Below are positions 50,405-62,389 of a stretch of 64,000 nt of DNA, one piece after another. Both the position numbers and the translations under genes were made by a program. The notes below the pieces were generated by a model. That model made no database searches. It was given only the letters and a program-made list of their open reading frames with translations, and had not been told where the DNA came from. The stretch spans positions 8,928,001 to 8,992,000 of the forward strand of contig NC_043021.1 of the NCBI RefSeq assembly GCF_006345805.1. Direction: 5' to 3'. This DNA is from Octopus sinensis (lineage: Eukaryota). The first letter of the stretch is position 1; every line of letters starts with the position of its first letter.

Positions 50405-50795
50405 CCAACAATTCGGTGCGACACCAGTGCAGAATCACTTCCCTCCGACAAGTCATCCTAGCGAGACGTCTGCGTTGGCTGGGTCATGCCCTCCGTCGTC
50501 AACCAGGAGAATTCGTCTACGAAGCAATTGCCCCCAGCTCCCCTTCAAGGTTGGCGAAAACGATGTGGTGGACAACGAAAAACGTGGCTGATGTCAGTCA
50601 AGGCTGATCTGGAACCCAACCTAGGCCCCCATGTCTGCAGTGTTCGCCGCTGGAATAGGGAGTGGTTGGCGATCACGCGGTCGTTAGCCTCAAATCGCCA
50701 GGCCTGGTTGGCGTTTGTGAGAGATGCAGCATTGAGGATGAATGAAGCCAGCTCAACCCACCCCGGGTGAATGCTGTCTCAAGACAAGAAGAAGA
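50405..50795 (+). mobile_element. 3' end of an RTE-type LINE (C-terminus of ORF, frameshifted)
   Basis: ITSLRQVILARRLRWLGHALRR...GWRKRCGGQRKTW...DL...A.NRQAW is the typical RRLRWxGHxxR / GRxxxTW / A.dR..W RTE C-terminus; short CAAGA-type tail. Confidence 0.85.
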
Positions 50796-51649
50796 TCTCC
50801 AGCGGGCACTGAATACGTTCGCTGCCGAGTGCTGCAAGCAGGGATGAGAATTAGTGTTTGCGAAGACTGAGACATTGGTCCTCTCAAGAAAGAGCCAGGG
50901 GTTGTTGTTAAACCGGATGACAGATTCAGTCTACAACCCAGCGTTGTTGTTGTTTTTGCTGTTGATATTTAGCCCCTCTTCGGTTTGAACATACAACACA
51001 TCCGTCGTGACCATTCCGTCCATTTTTCTTTTGTCTCTTTTTGTTTTTTGTTTTTCTCAAACAAGGTGCATCGAAAAGTACATTATCCAATTAAAATCCC
51101 GCTCCTTCATTTAAGTAAAATGGCTGACTTGTGAGCATTGATGGCGATTTGACTGTTATTTCTAACAGGTCCCAGTAACTATGTATCTACTTCCTTGTTG
51201 CTTCGAACTACACGAGTTAGAATTTAATGGTGGCTTATTTTAAGACAGCGTCCAAACAACCACAGTAGCTTATTTTAAGACCATGCTTAAATACCACATT
51301 GTTGAGGTGGCGCGGTTGCTTGTGTGCTTCAATGACCTTGGAAGCTACGTCAGCAGAGCACAAGCTCTTGGAAGGGCCTCCCATGCTAGACATGCCAAAG
51401 GCTAGAGGCTAGATTAATAAGAATTATCTCTTCTCAAAAGTAAAATTGGTTTTGCATAGGGCCAACACTCTTACCTAGAAAAAAGCCAATTACAGAAGCG
51501 TCGATGACAACAATTTAAAACGAAAAAGAGCTGAGACCCCAGAGTTGAAAACAATAGAGAAAAGTCGTCGGTGGCCTATATTCCATAGGGAGTGAAGGGC
51601 TTAAGTAAGACATCTCTGGCGGTTTATTTTAAGATAGTGCTCGAACATG

Positions 51650-51870
51650 GTTCCTCTGCTTTGTGGCAGAAGTAGGAAGAAAGAGTGAGAGAAAGTTGCG
51701 GTGAAAGAGTACAGCGGGGTTCACCCACCCACCCACCCCGCCGGAGCCTCGTGCAGCTTAGGTGTTTTTGCTCAATAAACACTCACAATGCCACCGGACC
51801 GGGAACCGAAACCGCGTTCTTATGACCTCGAGTCCGCTGCCCTAACCACTGGGCCATTGCGCCCCCACTT
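51650..51870 (-). mobile_element. tRNA-headed SINE (family D), partial; extra head fragment at about 51953-51992
   Basis: GAGTCCGCTGCCCTAACCACTGG(G/A)CCATTGCGC(C/T)CCAC occurs twice. Confidence 0.75.
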
Positions 51871-52254
51871 GACTGTTGCTGTCTCTGACTGTTCACCAAT
51901 ATACTTACGTTAAGCATGTGACATAACGATTTCAATTTAGAATTGCTTCTGTTGAGTCCGCTGCCCTAACCACTGGACCATTGCGCCTCCACTGTTTGTT
52001 GTTGTTGCTACACACGTGAACAGATCTTTATGACAGACCCGTTTCATTCATTCGCTCGTTTATTTATTTTGTTATTCCATCATTCTGAATACGAAAATTG
52101 CATTATAGTTTGAAGCAACAAATATGTACATAATAACCATAGAATCGCAATATTTATTTTAATACAATTCATTGTAATTTTAACTGCATTATAGAAACTG
52201 TGTAGAACGGCGACCAATCATGAATAATGCAACAAAATTGTAATAACTTTCGAG

Positions 52255-53465
52255 ATACAGTAACTATGGAAGTGCAAGACTTGTGGAGGTAGAATTATTT
52301 GTGGCGGTACAGTGGATCAAAAACACCAACAGACTCAGAAATTAACAGTGGGTTGTCATTGTCTGGAACCAGATTCCAAACGTAATCGTCCATCAATGTT
52401 TTCATTCTACTTTCCTTAATATCGCTTCTCCGTCTACAGTAACTATAGAAGTACCTTGTGGAGGTACGATTATTTGTGGAGGTACAGTGGATCAAAAACA
52501 CCAACAGACTCAGAAATTAACAATGGACTGTCATTGTGTGGAACTATGTTCCAAACGTAATCGTCCATCAATGTTTTCATTCTACTTTCCTTAATATCGC
52601 TTCTCCGTCCTGATGGAATCGTTCACCATGTTCTTCTGACACGGCACCAAGATTCGGTTGGAAGAACTCCAAATGATAATGCAAATACTGGAACTTAAGG
52701 GACATTTTATACCCTATAATTCTGTAACTCTGATGCAGTTCTTCAATAAGAGTTTTGTAATTCTCTGCTAATATTGCTACCCAGAAACTCATTGACAACA
52801 TTCTTGAATGCGTTCCAAAAACTCTTTTCCTCACCTCTGTCAGTTTCATATCCAGAGTTTTTGTTGTATCTGGTTTCCCTGCGTTCCTTCGAGTACAAAC
52901 AAACACACCAGCAACAACTTTTGCGTTGGACAATTTTGGAAGCATTTCTCGTCTGTTGCAATCTAAAACTGTAAATAATATTTTTATCAAGCCAAGTTTT
53001 AAGTAAGGATGGAGGTAGAAAGATTTTGTCTACGAATGTACGGGTTTTCTGGTTTATATTTTGTGTGCTTGGCTGCAGGGCTGATCTTGTTGGCCATTCT
53101 TGTTTCTCATGTTTTTTCTCAATCTCCGCTGTCTTGCAGCTACAAAAAGCGAGGACCCTTATTAAATCCATCCAGCAATCGGAGAAAGAACTCCAACATC
53201 TTAATATCTCCTCATACATCCTACATGTGGTGGTCATATTTGATCTTCGTGAGCAAAACTTTTATACATTTTGCAGTCTTCTTTCAAGTGTACGGAGGAC
53301 CAACAGGAATAGAAGAATATTGGTTGCAGTTCTGAAGCAGCGGTGCTTTCAGACTTCCCAGACTTCTCGTATAGCTGTCAATCAACAGACGTCATTAATC
53401 AGACTGGCGTCAATCGTTTTAAATAGGTCTCTTTCATCAGTACAGTAGCGCAGTGATTCGGCCGA
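52255..53465 (-). pseudogene. Degenerate Chapaev(3)-like transposase, C-terminal half, with a 3' tandem duplication of about 175 bp
   Basis: KIFLPP(LH), MSLKFQYLHYHLEFFQPNLGAVSEEHGERFHQD, then EKRY*GK*NEN..MDDYVW. 52256-52434 and 52435-52609 are duplicates. Confidence 0.85.
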
Positions 53466-53674
53466 AGAATGGAAATGGGCAAAAGCTTTACACCCTGTTC
53501 GCTACTTCCGAATTGGACCTTTACATCCAGTAGATTCCGTTCTTTCGATGTGGACTACAGCAGCTTTGCTCCAGGTTTGTAGAGAGTGAGGTCTCTTACG
53601 ATATCATCAAATTCTTGTTTAGGAAGTGGGGCCCTTCACATTAGCATGCTGCTTCCTCTTCTTCCCAATGTTCT

Positions 53675-54982
53675 TATTTCTTTATTGCCCACATGGGGCT
53701 AAACATAGAGGAGACAAACAATAACATAGGGATTAAGTCGAATAGATCGACCCCAGTGCGTAACTGGTCCTTAATTTATCGACCTGGAACGGATGAAAGG
53801 CAAAGTCGACCTCGGCAGAATTTGAACTCAGAACGTAACGGCAGACGAAATACCTATTTCTTTACTACCCACAAGGGGCTACACACAGAGGAGACAAACA
53901 AGGACAGACAAACGGATTAAGTTGATTACATCGACCCCAGTTCGTAACTGGTACTTATTTAATCGACCTCGAAAGGATGAAAGGCAAAGTCGACCTCGGC
54001 GGAATTTGAACTCAGAACGTAACGGCAGACGAAATACCTATTTCTTTACTACCCACAAGGGGCTACACACAGAGGAGACAAACAAGGACAGACAAACGGA
54101 TTAAGTTGATTACATCGACCCCAGTTCGTAACTGGTACTTATTTAATCGACATCGAAAGGATGACAGGCAAAGTCGACCTCGGCGGAATTTGAACTCAGA
54201 ACGTAACGGAAGACGAAATACCTATTTCTTTACTACCCACAAGGGGCTACACACAGAGGAGACAAACAAGGACAGACAAACGGATTAAGTTGATTACATC
54301 GACCCCAGTTCGTAACTGGTACTTATTTAATCGACATCGAAAGGATGACAGGCAAAGTCGACCTCGGCGGAATTTGAACTCAGAACGTAACGGAAGACGA
54401 AATACCTATTTCTTTACTACCCACAAGGGGCTACACACAGAGGAGACAACAAGGACAGACAAACGGATTAAGTTGATTACATCGACCCCAGTTCGTAATG
54501 GTACTTATTTAATCGACATCGAAAGGATGACAGGCAAAGTCGACCTCGGCAGAATTTGAACTCAGAACTAACGGCAGACGAAATACCTATTTCTTTACTA
54601 CCCACAAGGGGCTACACACAGAGAGACAACAAGGACAGACAAACGGATTAAGTTGATTACATCGACCCCAGTTCGTAACTGGTACTTATTTAATCGACAT
54701 CGAAAGGATGACAGGCAAAGTCGACCTCGGCAGAATTTGAACTCAGAACGTAACGGCAGACGAAATACCTATTTCTTTACTACCCACAAGGGGCTACACA
54801 CAGAGGAGACAAACAAGGACAGACAAACGGATTAAGTTGATTACATCGACCCCAGTCCGTAACTGGTACTTATTTAATCGACCTCGAAAGGATGAAAGGC
54901 AAAGTCGACCTCGGCGGAATTTGAACTCAGAACGTAACGGCAAACGAAATACCGCAAAGCATTTCGCCCGGCGTGCTAACTT
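53675..54982 (-). mobile_element. Family B SINE concatemer: one head plus about seven 184-bp bodies
   Basis: Repeating CCCACAAGGGGCTACACACAGAGGAGAC...GAACTCAGAACGTAACGG units; single head ...GCATTTCGCCCGGCGTGCTAAC at about 54955-54980. Confidence 0.93.
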
Positions 54983-55412
54983 GTTTTTTTTTCTCTCTGT
55001 AGTTTTAGCCCAGAGCTGCAGCCATGCCGATAACACTTGTAAAACATTACTCTAATTTACTGTTTACAATAGAATGTTCTAGAATAATAAAATCATATCT
55101 AATAATTTACAAATACGTAAGTATATTTTCTCGGGGCTTGTCTGAGCAGTCTGTTGTTTAATGCTCTCTTTATGCTGCCATATTGTCATGTGACTCATTG
55201 TCTGTATGGATATTTCACCGAATCAGCATTAGTAAAGTCAACAATCTTTTTTTGATACTGGAGAGTTTTTCCATAGAAACAGAAGCCTTATACGAGTGTC
55301 ATTTCAATACGGACGCAGCTATACATGATAGAGAAATAATAATATAGTTGTTAGAACTGACAACCTATTGATATTATAAAAAGAATTTTACCATCATGAT
55401 CAGCATGTACAT

Positions 55413-55446
<34 letters not shown>

Positions 55447-55448
55447 AC

Positions 55449-55875
55449 AGGCGCAGGAGTGGCTGTGTGGTAAGTAGCTTGCTTACCAACCACATGGTTC
55501 CGGGTTCAGTCCCACTGCGTGGCACCTTGGGCAAGTGTCTTCTACTATAGCCTCGGGCCGACCAAATAATAATAATAACAACAGTACATAACAACAGGTG
55601 TCTTTCGACTGGGGACGAATTGAATTCAGCTGGCATGTGTGGAAATGCCTTACGGCAGAGATACAAAACTTTCACAAACACAGGGAAGAATATCGAAAGA
55701 CACCTGTGTCTTTATGTGTTTATGTCTCCGAAACCTAGCGTTTCGGCAAAAAGAGAACGATAGAATAAGTACTAGGCTTACAAAGAATAAGCGCCGGGGT
55801 CGATTTCTTCGACTAAAGGTGGTGCCCCAGCATGGCCGCAGTCTGATTGATGACTGAAACGTGTAAAAGAGTAAA
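55449..55875 (+). mobile_element. Family A SINE, interrupted or partly replaced at about 55566-55690
   Basis: Head at 55449-55565, tail at 55690-55875. Confidence 0.75.
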
Positions 55876-55975
55876 AACTAGTAGAGAAATCACGTCATCG
55901 AAATCTTGAAGCTTAGAGATTAATTAATGCGTGATTAATTCAAAGACATGCAAATAAAAGAGAAATACATTCGGC

Positions 55976-56415
55976 GGATCTTTTCGGTTTGAACGGCAGT
56001 TTTTAACAATTTGTAGGTAACTAAAAAATTTTAAACTTCGTATACTGGTAGAATGTGTTTATAAAACATCTTTTTCTCTTGGCTTTATTGAGAAAATTCT
56101 ATAGTTTGTAAGATATTTGTTGTTTTTTTTCTTCAATTTCTGCAATTTCAACCAATCAGTGACGTCCATTAACATAATAAATAACATTCTGTGCCGTATG
56201 AATATGTCCCTCGTTTAAGAAACAGATTGGGTTTATTTACGTTTGTGAAGAAGAAAGATACCCTTCCCCCACCCCATCCCTAACCCTAACCCTAGCTAAC
56301 CCTAAAACAGATTGAAATGCAATAGATCAATACTAGGGTCATAATTATGGGTGACAATTTCATATGACACCGCTAGAAAAAAAACTGAAAACTGCCGTTC
56401 AAACCGAAAAGATCC
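55976..56415. mobile_element. 440-bp MITE with perfect 28-bp TIRs and 8-bp TSD (Merlin-like by GG terminus and TSD length)
   Basis: TIR GGATCTTTTCGGTTTGAACGGCAGTTTT at 55976-56003 and its reverse complement at 56388-56415; CATTCGGC at 55968-55975 and 56416-56423. Confidence 0.88.
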
Positions 56416-57196
56416 CATTCGGCAGATTAATCTGAAAGCTAAAGGGTTATGCTTGGTTTTAACGCAAATAAGCACACACACACACATGCGTATATTCCCA
56501 TGTGCGAATTTGTGCTCTCCTATTTTATACGCGTTCCAAGTGTTTGTTAGTCTATTCTCAGGCGATCGAATATGCTCTCTTGTGTTCCATGAGACGACAA
56601 AGACATGAACTGCACAAAGCGATTTCGAAGACGTCAGTTCACAATGCGATTCATATATAGCTGGGGAAAGAAGACATTCTAAGTAAGTTTCCCCCCATCG
56701 CCATTCGAAACTTCCTCCACAAGCAAAGACAACCATATGAACAAGTGCAAACACACACACACACACACACGCACAATCGCACATACGCATGCAAGCACAC
56801 ACACACCAGAGGAAAGAGATAATAATTCATCAGACACGTGAACGTCAGTTTCAACGAAATTCAAATAAGAAAATCGCCGGCCATTTTGGTTTCTTCTTCA
56901 TCAAGCAGTTTCAAAGTTCGCCGTTCCTTCCTTGATGGCTTCTGCTTTACTGGAGTCGACTGGCGTCGCCGCCGCCTCCGTACCCACCACCACCACCATC
57001 ATCACCACTTCCCCTTCCTCCTCCCCATCCTCCTCCCCCTCCTCCTCCTCCTCCTCCTCCGCCGCTGCTGCTGCTGCTCTTAACTGACATGCCTTACTGC
57101 TGCTATAAAAAGAAACTGCTAGCTCGCTGACAGATGATATAAAAATAAGCGAATGATAATAAGCTCACACACACCTATGCTCACACACCAATAAAT

Positions 57197-57233
<37 letters not shown>

Positions 57234-58097
57234 CTAACAATACGTATTCTTTATATGTGTGAAAAATACACATAATGTGTGCGCGCGTGTGTGTGGGGGG
57301 ATGTACATGTATGTATTGTATGTATATATATATATAATTAGATTTATTTATACATACTGCATATTATTACACATTTGTTGTATATATTACACATACATAA
57401 TATGTCTATATATATATTATATATATATATATATATATTATTTATTTATTACATTTTATTTTATGCCTTTTTAATATTATTATTTTACTGCTAAATATAA
57501 TAACATCATCATTTCGTAAATATCTGGTGTCGCTAATGTATATTTTCCTTCCCCCCTCCTCATTTTCGCTCTCTCTCTCTCTCTCTCTCTCTTTCTTTCT
57601 ATCTGTCTGTCTTCCTATCTCTATTTCTCTCTCTCACACTCCCGATCTTTCTCTCTCTCTCTCTGTCTCTCTACTGCCCCTCCTCCTCCTCCTCCTCCTC
57701 CTATCTCCCTCTTCTTTTTCTCATTTTTCAATAATACTTTCTTTTTTAATTCATTCGTTTTTCAGCGCAGCATCTTCCTTCTCTTTTAAAAGGTTTACAG
57801 ATAAAAGAAAAAGCTAAAAGCAGTTACAACAATGAAAAGAATAAAGAAAAAACAAAAAAAGAAAAGAAAAAAAAGAACCGAAAAAAACAACAACAGAAAA
57901 ATTAAAAAAAACAAAAGAAATAGAAAAAGAAAAGAAAACACTAAATCTTTTTTATTTTCTCAGTTCTGCTTGTTTGTATAGAGACCATCTTTTTTACTCG
58001 CCATTTCTCTCTCTCCCTCTCTCTTTCTCTCCCTCTCTCCCTCTCCCCCTCTCTCTCCCTCTCCCCCTCTCTCTCCCTCTCCCCCTCTCTCTCTAAC

Positions 58098-58128
<31 letters not shown>

Positions 58129-58139
58129 TTATCTATCTA

Positions 58140-58369
58140 TCTATGTACGTACGTATGTATGTATGTATGTATGTATGTATGTATGTATGTATGTATGTAT
58201 GTATGTATGTATGTATGTATATACACGCGCGTGCATGTGCATATATAAATACATACATACATAGATGCATACATACGAACTTACATACACACATACGCAT
58301 ATATATGTGTGTGCATGCATGTATGTAAGTATGCATGTATGTATGTATATGTGTATGTATGTATGTATG

Positions 58370-58403
<34 letters not shown>

Positions 58404-59245
58404 TGTATGTATGTATGTATGTATGCATGTATGTATGTATGTATGTATGTATGCATGCATGTATGTATGTATGTATGTATGTATGTATGTATGTATGCAT
58501 GTATGTATGTATGCATGTATGTATGCATTATGTATGTATGCATGTATGTATGTATGTATGTATGCATGCATGTATGTATGTATGTATGCATGTATGTATG
58601 TATGTATGTATGCATGTATGTATGTATGTATGTATGTATGCATGTATGTATGTATGTATGCATGTATGTATGCATGTATGCATGTATGCATGCATGTATG
58701 TATGATGTATGTATGTATGTATGTATGTAGTATGCATGTATGTATGTATGTATGTATGTATGCATGTATGATGTATGTATGTAGTATGTATGTATGCATG
58801 TATGTATGTATGTATGTATGCATGTATGTATGCATGTATGTATGTATATGTATGTAGTATGTATGTATGTATGTATGCATGTATGTATGTATGTAGTATG
58901 TATGTGTATGCATGTATGTATGTATGTGCATGTATGTATGTAGTATGTATGTATGTATGTATGTATGTATGCATGTATGTATGTAGTATGTATGTATGTA
59001 TGTATGCATGTATGCATGTATGTATGTATGTATGTATGTATGCATGTATGTATTTGTATGTATGTATGTGTATGTATGTATGCATGTATGTATGTATGTA
59101 GTATGTATGTATGTATGTATGTATGTATGCAGTATGTATGTATGTATGTATGTATGCATGTATGTATGTATGCATGTATGTATGTATGTATGTATGTATG
59201 TATGTATGTATGTATGTATGCATGCATGTATGTATGTATGTATGT
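58140..59245. repeat. (TATG)n/(CATG) array, about 1.1 kb
   Basis: Directly visible. Confidence 0.97.
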
Positions 59246-59486
59246 TCTACTTGCCACCCCGTGTATCTCCCGCCCATTCTCGATCTCTTTTCATTTATTT
59301 CCTCACACACCCATATATATTGTAAATACAAAAACGTTAAGTACACAACGCAAACACAGGCGCGCACACACGCACACACACACCTACACAATTATACGCA
59401 ACATTATGCATACATACATACATACATACATGCATACATATATATTTACATATGTATCTTTCGCTCTCTCTATCTCTCTATCTGTC

Positions 59487-59557
<71 letters not shown>

Positions 59558-60234
59558 TATATATATGTGTGTGTGTATAAATATATATACTTATACATTG
59601 ACATAGATTTGTCTATAGATTATATGCACACATAACTTGCATACACCGCACTCACCCATGCACACACACACACATATCAACACACATTCCTGTGAGAATA
59701 ATAGTGCAAACTCTATGAAAACAAAACGCACGCACGCACGCTCATACACACGCACAAAGAAGCTAAAACACACACACTGACACACACACTGACACACACA
59801 CTGACACACACACTGACACAATTCTGGTATAAAAACTCGTAATTGCCCATCACGGATAAAGGAACTTGAGTGCTTTGACGCAAATTTTCTAGAAATGACT
59901 AACAATTTCATGCTATAAAAACTATGGAAGATGTCTTCTGTCAAACACTCAAAGCAGACATGCAAATAATTCAGAAATACAGTGATGTCTTAGGTTCATC
60001 GAACGATACAAAAAAAAAAGAAAAACTCCACTTAATGATTTAGTAATATTTCAATTAAATTCAATTCTTAATTAATAACATTATACGAAAATACAGGGAA
60101 ATAATTACTATTACTTACGACCATGTTGACAACGAGGCCAACCTGAAGTGTCTCGGCGGTGCAGAAATTTGCAAGCTTCCATTATTGCAAATCTTAAAAG
60201 CGGAAATTCGCAGAGACGACAGTTGGTTCTTTCA

Positions 60235-60457
60235 GACCGTATTGGTTTCAAATTTTGGCACAAGGCCAGCAATTTCGAGGGAGTGGGTAAGTCGATTACA
60301 TTGACCCCCTAGTTCTCAGCTGGTACTTAGATTATCGATCACGAAAAGCTGAAAGGCTAAGTCATCCTCGGTGGAACTTGAACTCTGAAGGTAAAGACGG
60401 ACGAAGTGATGCTAAGCACTTTGTCCGGCGTGCTAACGATTCTGCCAGCTCATTTCC

Positions 60458-60498
<41 letters not shown>

Positions 60499-60570
60499 CA
60501 CAGCACATACCCAAGGCACACAGAGCTGTGCTCGGTAGTGAAGTGAAAGCACGCTATAAAAATAAAACTA

Positions 60571-60639
<69 letters not shown>

Positions 60640-61352
60640 CCTTTCCATTATAGGTACAAGGCCTGTTAATTTATCGACCCCCGAAAGGATGAAAGGCAAA
60701 GTCGACCTCTGCGGGATTTGAACTCCACCGAGGTCAATAATAATTTCAAATTTTGGCTGAAGGCCAGTCGATTACATCGATCCCAGTGCTCAAATGGTAC
60801 ATATTTTATTGACCCCAAAAGTATGAAAGGTAAAGTAGACCTCGGCGAAATTTAAACTCAGACTGCAAGGACGAACAAAGTGTCGCTAAGCATTTTGCTC
60901 GGCGTGCTAAAGATACTGCCAGCTCGCCGCCTTAGTCTCAGATAATATTCTTTTCTACGTTATGCTCAAGGCCCGAAATTTTGGCGGGAGAGGAGCACTC
61001 GATTAGATCGACCCCAGTACGCAACTGGTACTTAATATATCTACTCCGAAAGGATGGAAGGCAAAGTCGACCGCGTCGGAATTTGAACTCAGAACATAGC
61101 AGCAGACGAAATACCCATTTCTTTACTACCCACAAGGGGCTAAACACAGAGAGGACAAACAAGGACAGACAAACGGATTAAGTCGATTATATCGATCCCA
61201 GTGCTTAACTGGTACTTAATTTATCGACCCCGAAATGCTGAAAGGCAAAGTCGACCTCGGCGGAATTTGAACTCAGAATGCAACGGCAGACGAAGTACAG
61301 CAAAGCATTTCGCCCGGCGTGCTAACGTTTCTGCCAACCCGCCGCCTTAGAC
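60235..61352 (-). mobile_element. Cluster of family B-related SINE monomers and dimers
   Basis: Repeated GCAAAGTCGACCTCGGCGGAATTTGAACTC and head GGCGTGCTAAC..GCCAGCTC motifs at about 60240-60450, 60660-60930 and 60945-61350. Confidence 0.75.
60497..60640 (+). mobile_element. R4/Dong 3' UTR fragment embedded in (TAA)n
   Basis: CACAGCACATACCCAAGGCACACAGAGCTG(C/T)GCTCGGTAGTGAAGTGAAAGCACGCTATAAAAATAAAACTACTG matches about 48938-49014. Confidence 0.88.
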
Positions 61353-61382
61353 TCAGGCAATATCAACAGCTACAGGTTAGAA

Positions 61383-61641
61383 CAATGGTTCTCAACTGGG
61401 GTCTACATGGCCTTAGGTGGGTCCATATAAGATTTTGCTGTTAAAATGTATGTCCAATGAACTGGCTATATTTCTTCAATGCACAAAATATTTTAATAAT
61501 TTTTTTTATACGATTCCTAATAATATCTAATCAAAAAAATATTATTGGATTTTTTTAAAACATTGAATTGGTATGAGGGTCCAGGTATAGTGAAATACGA
61601 ATCGAAGGGGCCCATAGGCAAAAAATGGTTGAGGACCACTG
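61383..61641. mobile_element. hAT (Charlie-like) MITE, 259 bp
   Basis: Ends CAATGGTTCTCAAC and GTTGAGGACCACTG; 8-bp flanks GGTTAGAA / GGTTACAA (7 of 8 identical). Confidence 0.8.
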
Positions 61642-61677
61642 GGTTACAATAAGGAAATGCTTAAGCGCTAAAACTTT

Positions 61678-61869
61678 TCTATATTTAAGAGATGAGGAAT
61701 TATGTACATTATTTACATTCGATGGATATTTGTCCTCATCTTGTTTGTTGTTAACACAACGTTTCGGCTGATATACCCTCCAGCCTTCATCAGGTGTCTC
61801 GGGGAAATTTCGAATCTGGGTTCTCATTCCTAAGGTATTTTTCGATATTATTATTATTATTATTATTGA

Positions 61870-61949
<80 letters not shown>

Positions 61950-62058
61950 TCACTGCCTGGAATCGAACTCAGAATCTTGGGGCTAGTAGCCCGCGCTCTT
62001 AACCACTATGCCATGGGGTTACTAACCCGAAGATTACAAGTTGGATTCCAGGCAGTGA

Positions 62059-62156
<98 letters not shown>

Positions 62157-62323
62157 TTGAAAAATACCTTAGGAATAAAAACCCAGGTTTGAAATTTCCC
62201 CAAGACACCTGATGAAGGCTGTAGAGTATATCAACCGAAACATTGTGTTAACAACAAACAAGATGAGGACAAATATCCGTCGAATGTAAATAATGTAAAT
62301 AATGTAAATAATGTAAATAATGT
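61678..62323. mobile_element. Inverted (head-to-head) dimer of a tRNA-headed, (TAA)n-containing, hammerhead-bearing SINE with 13-bp TSD
   Basis: Left arm (minus) has A box TGGCATAGTGG and B box GTTCGATTC; right arm (plus) is a 5'-truncated mirror copy. GCGCTAAAACTTT occurs at 61665-61677 and 62324-62336. Confidence 0.85.
61753..61798 (-). ncRNA. Minimal type I hammerhead ribozyme motif
   Basis: GACAC-CTGATGA-A-GGCTG(GAGGGTATAT)CAGCC-GAA-ACGT-T-GTGTT: intact core, 5-bp stems I and II, palindromic mini stem III, GUU cleavage triplet. Confidence 0.72.
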
Positions 62324-62389
62324 GCGCTAAAACTTTATGTTGCAGTACCCACGCACGTAAGTATTAGTTATGCAACAGAGGGAAAATTT

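Noticed and set aside
53922-55055. Tandem array of identical 60-aa ORFs (MITSTPVRNWYLF...)
   Set aside because: Antisense translation of the 184-bp SINE body with TTG starts; no evidence of coding function.
56278-56305. True telomere or chromosome-fusion scar
   Set aside because: Only about four imperfect units, located inside a TIR/TSD-bounded MITE.
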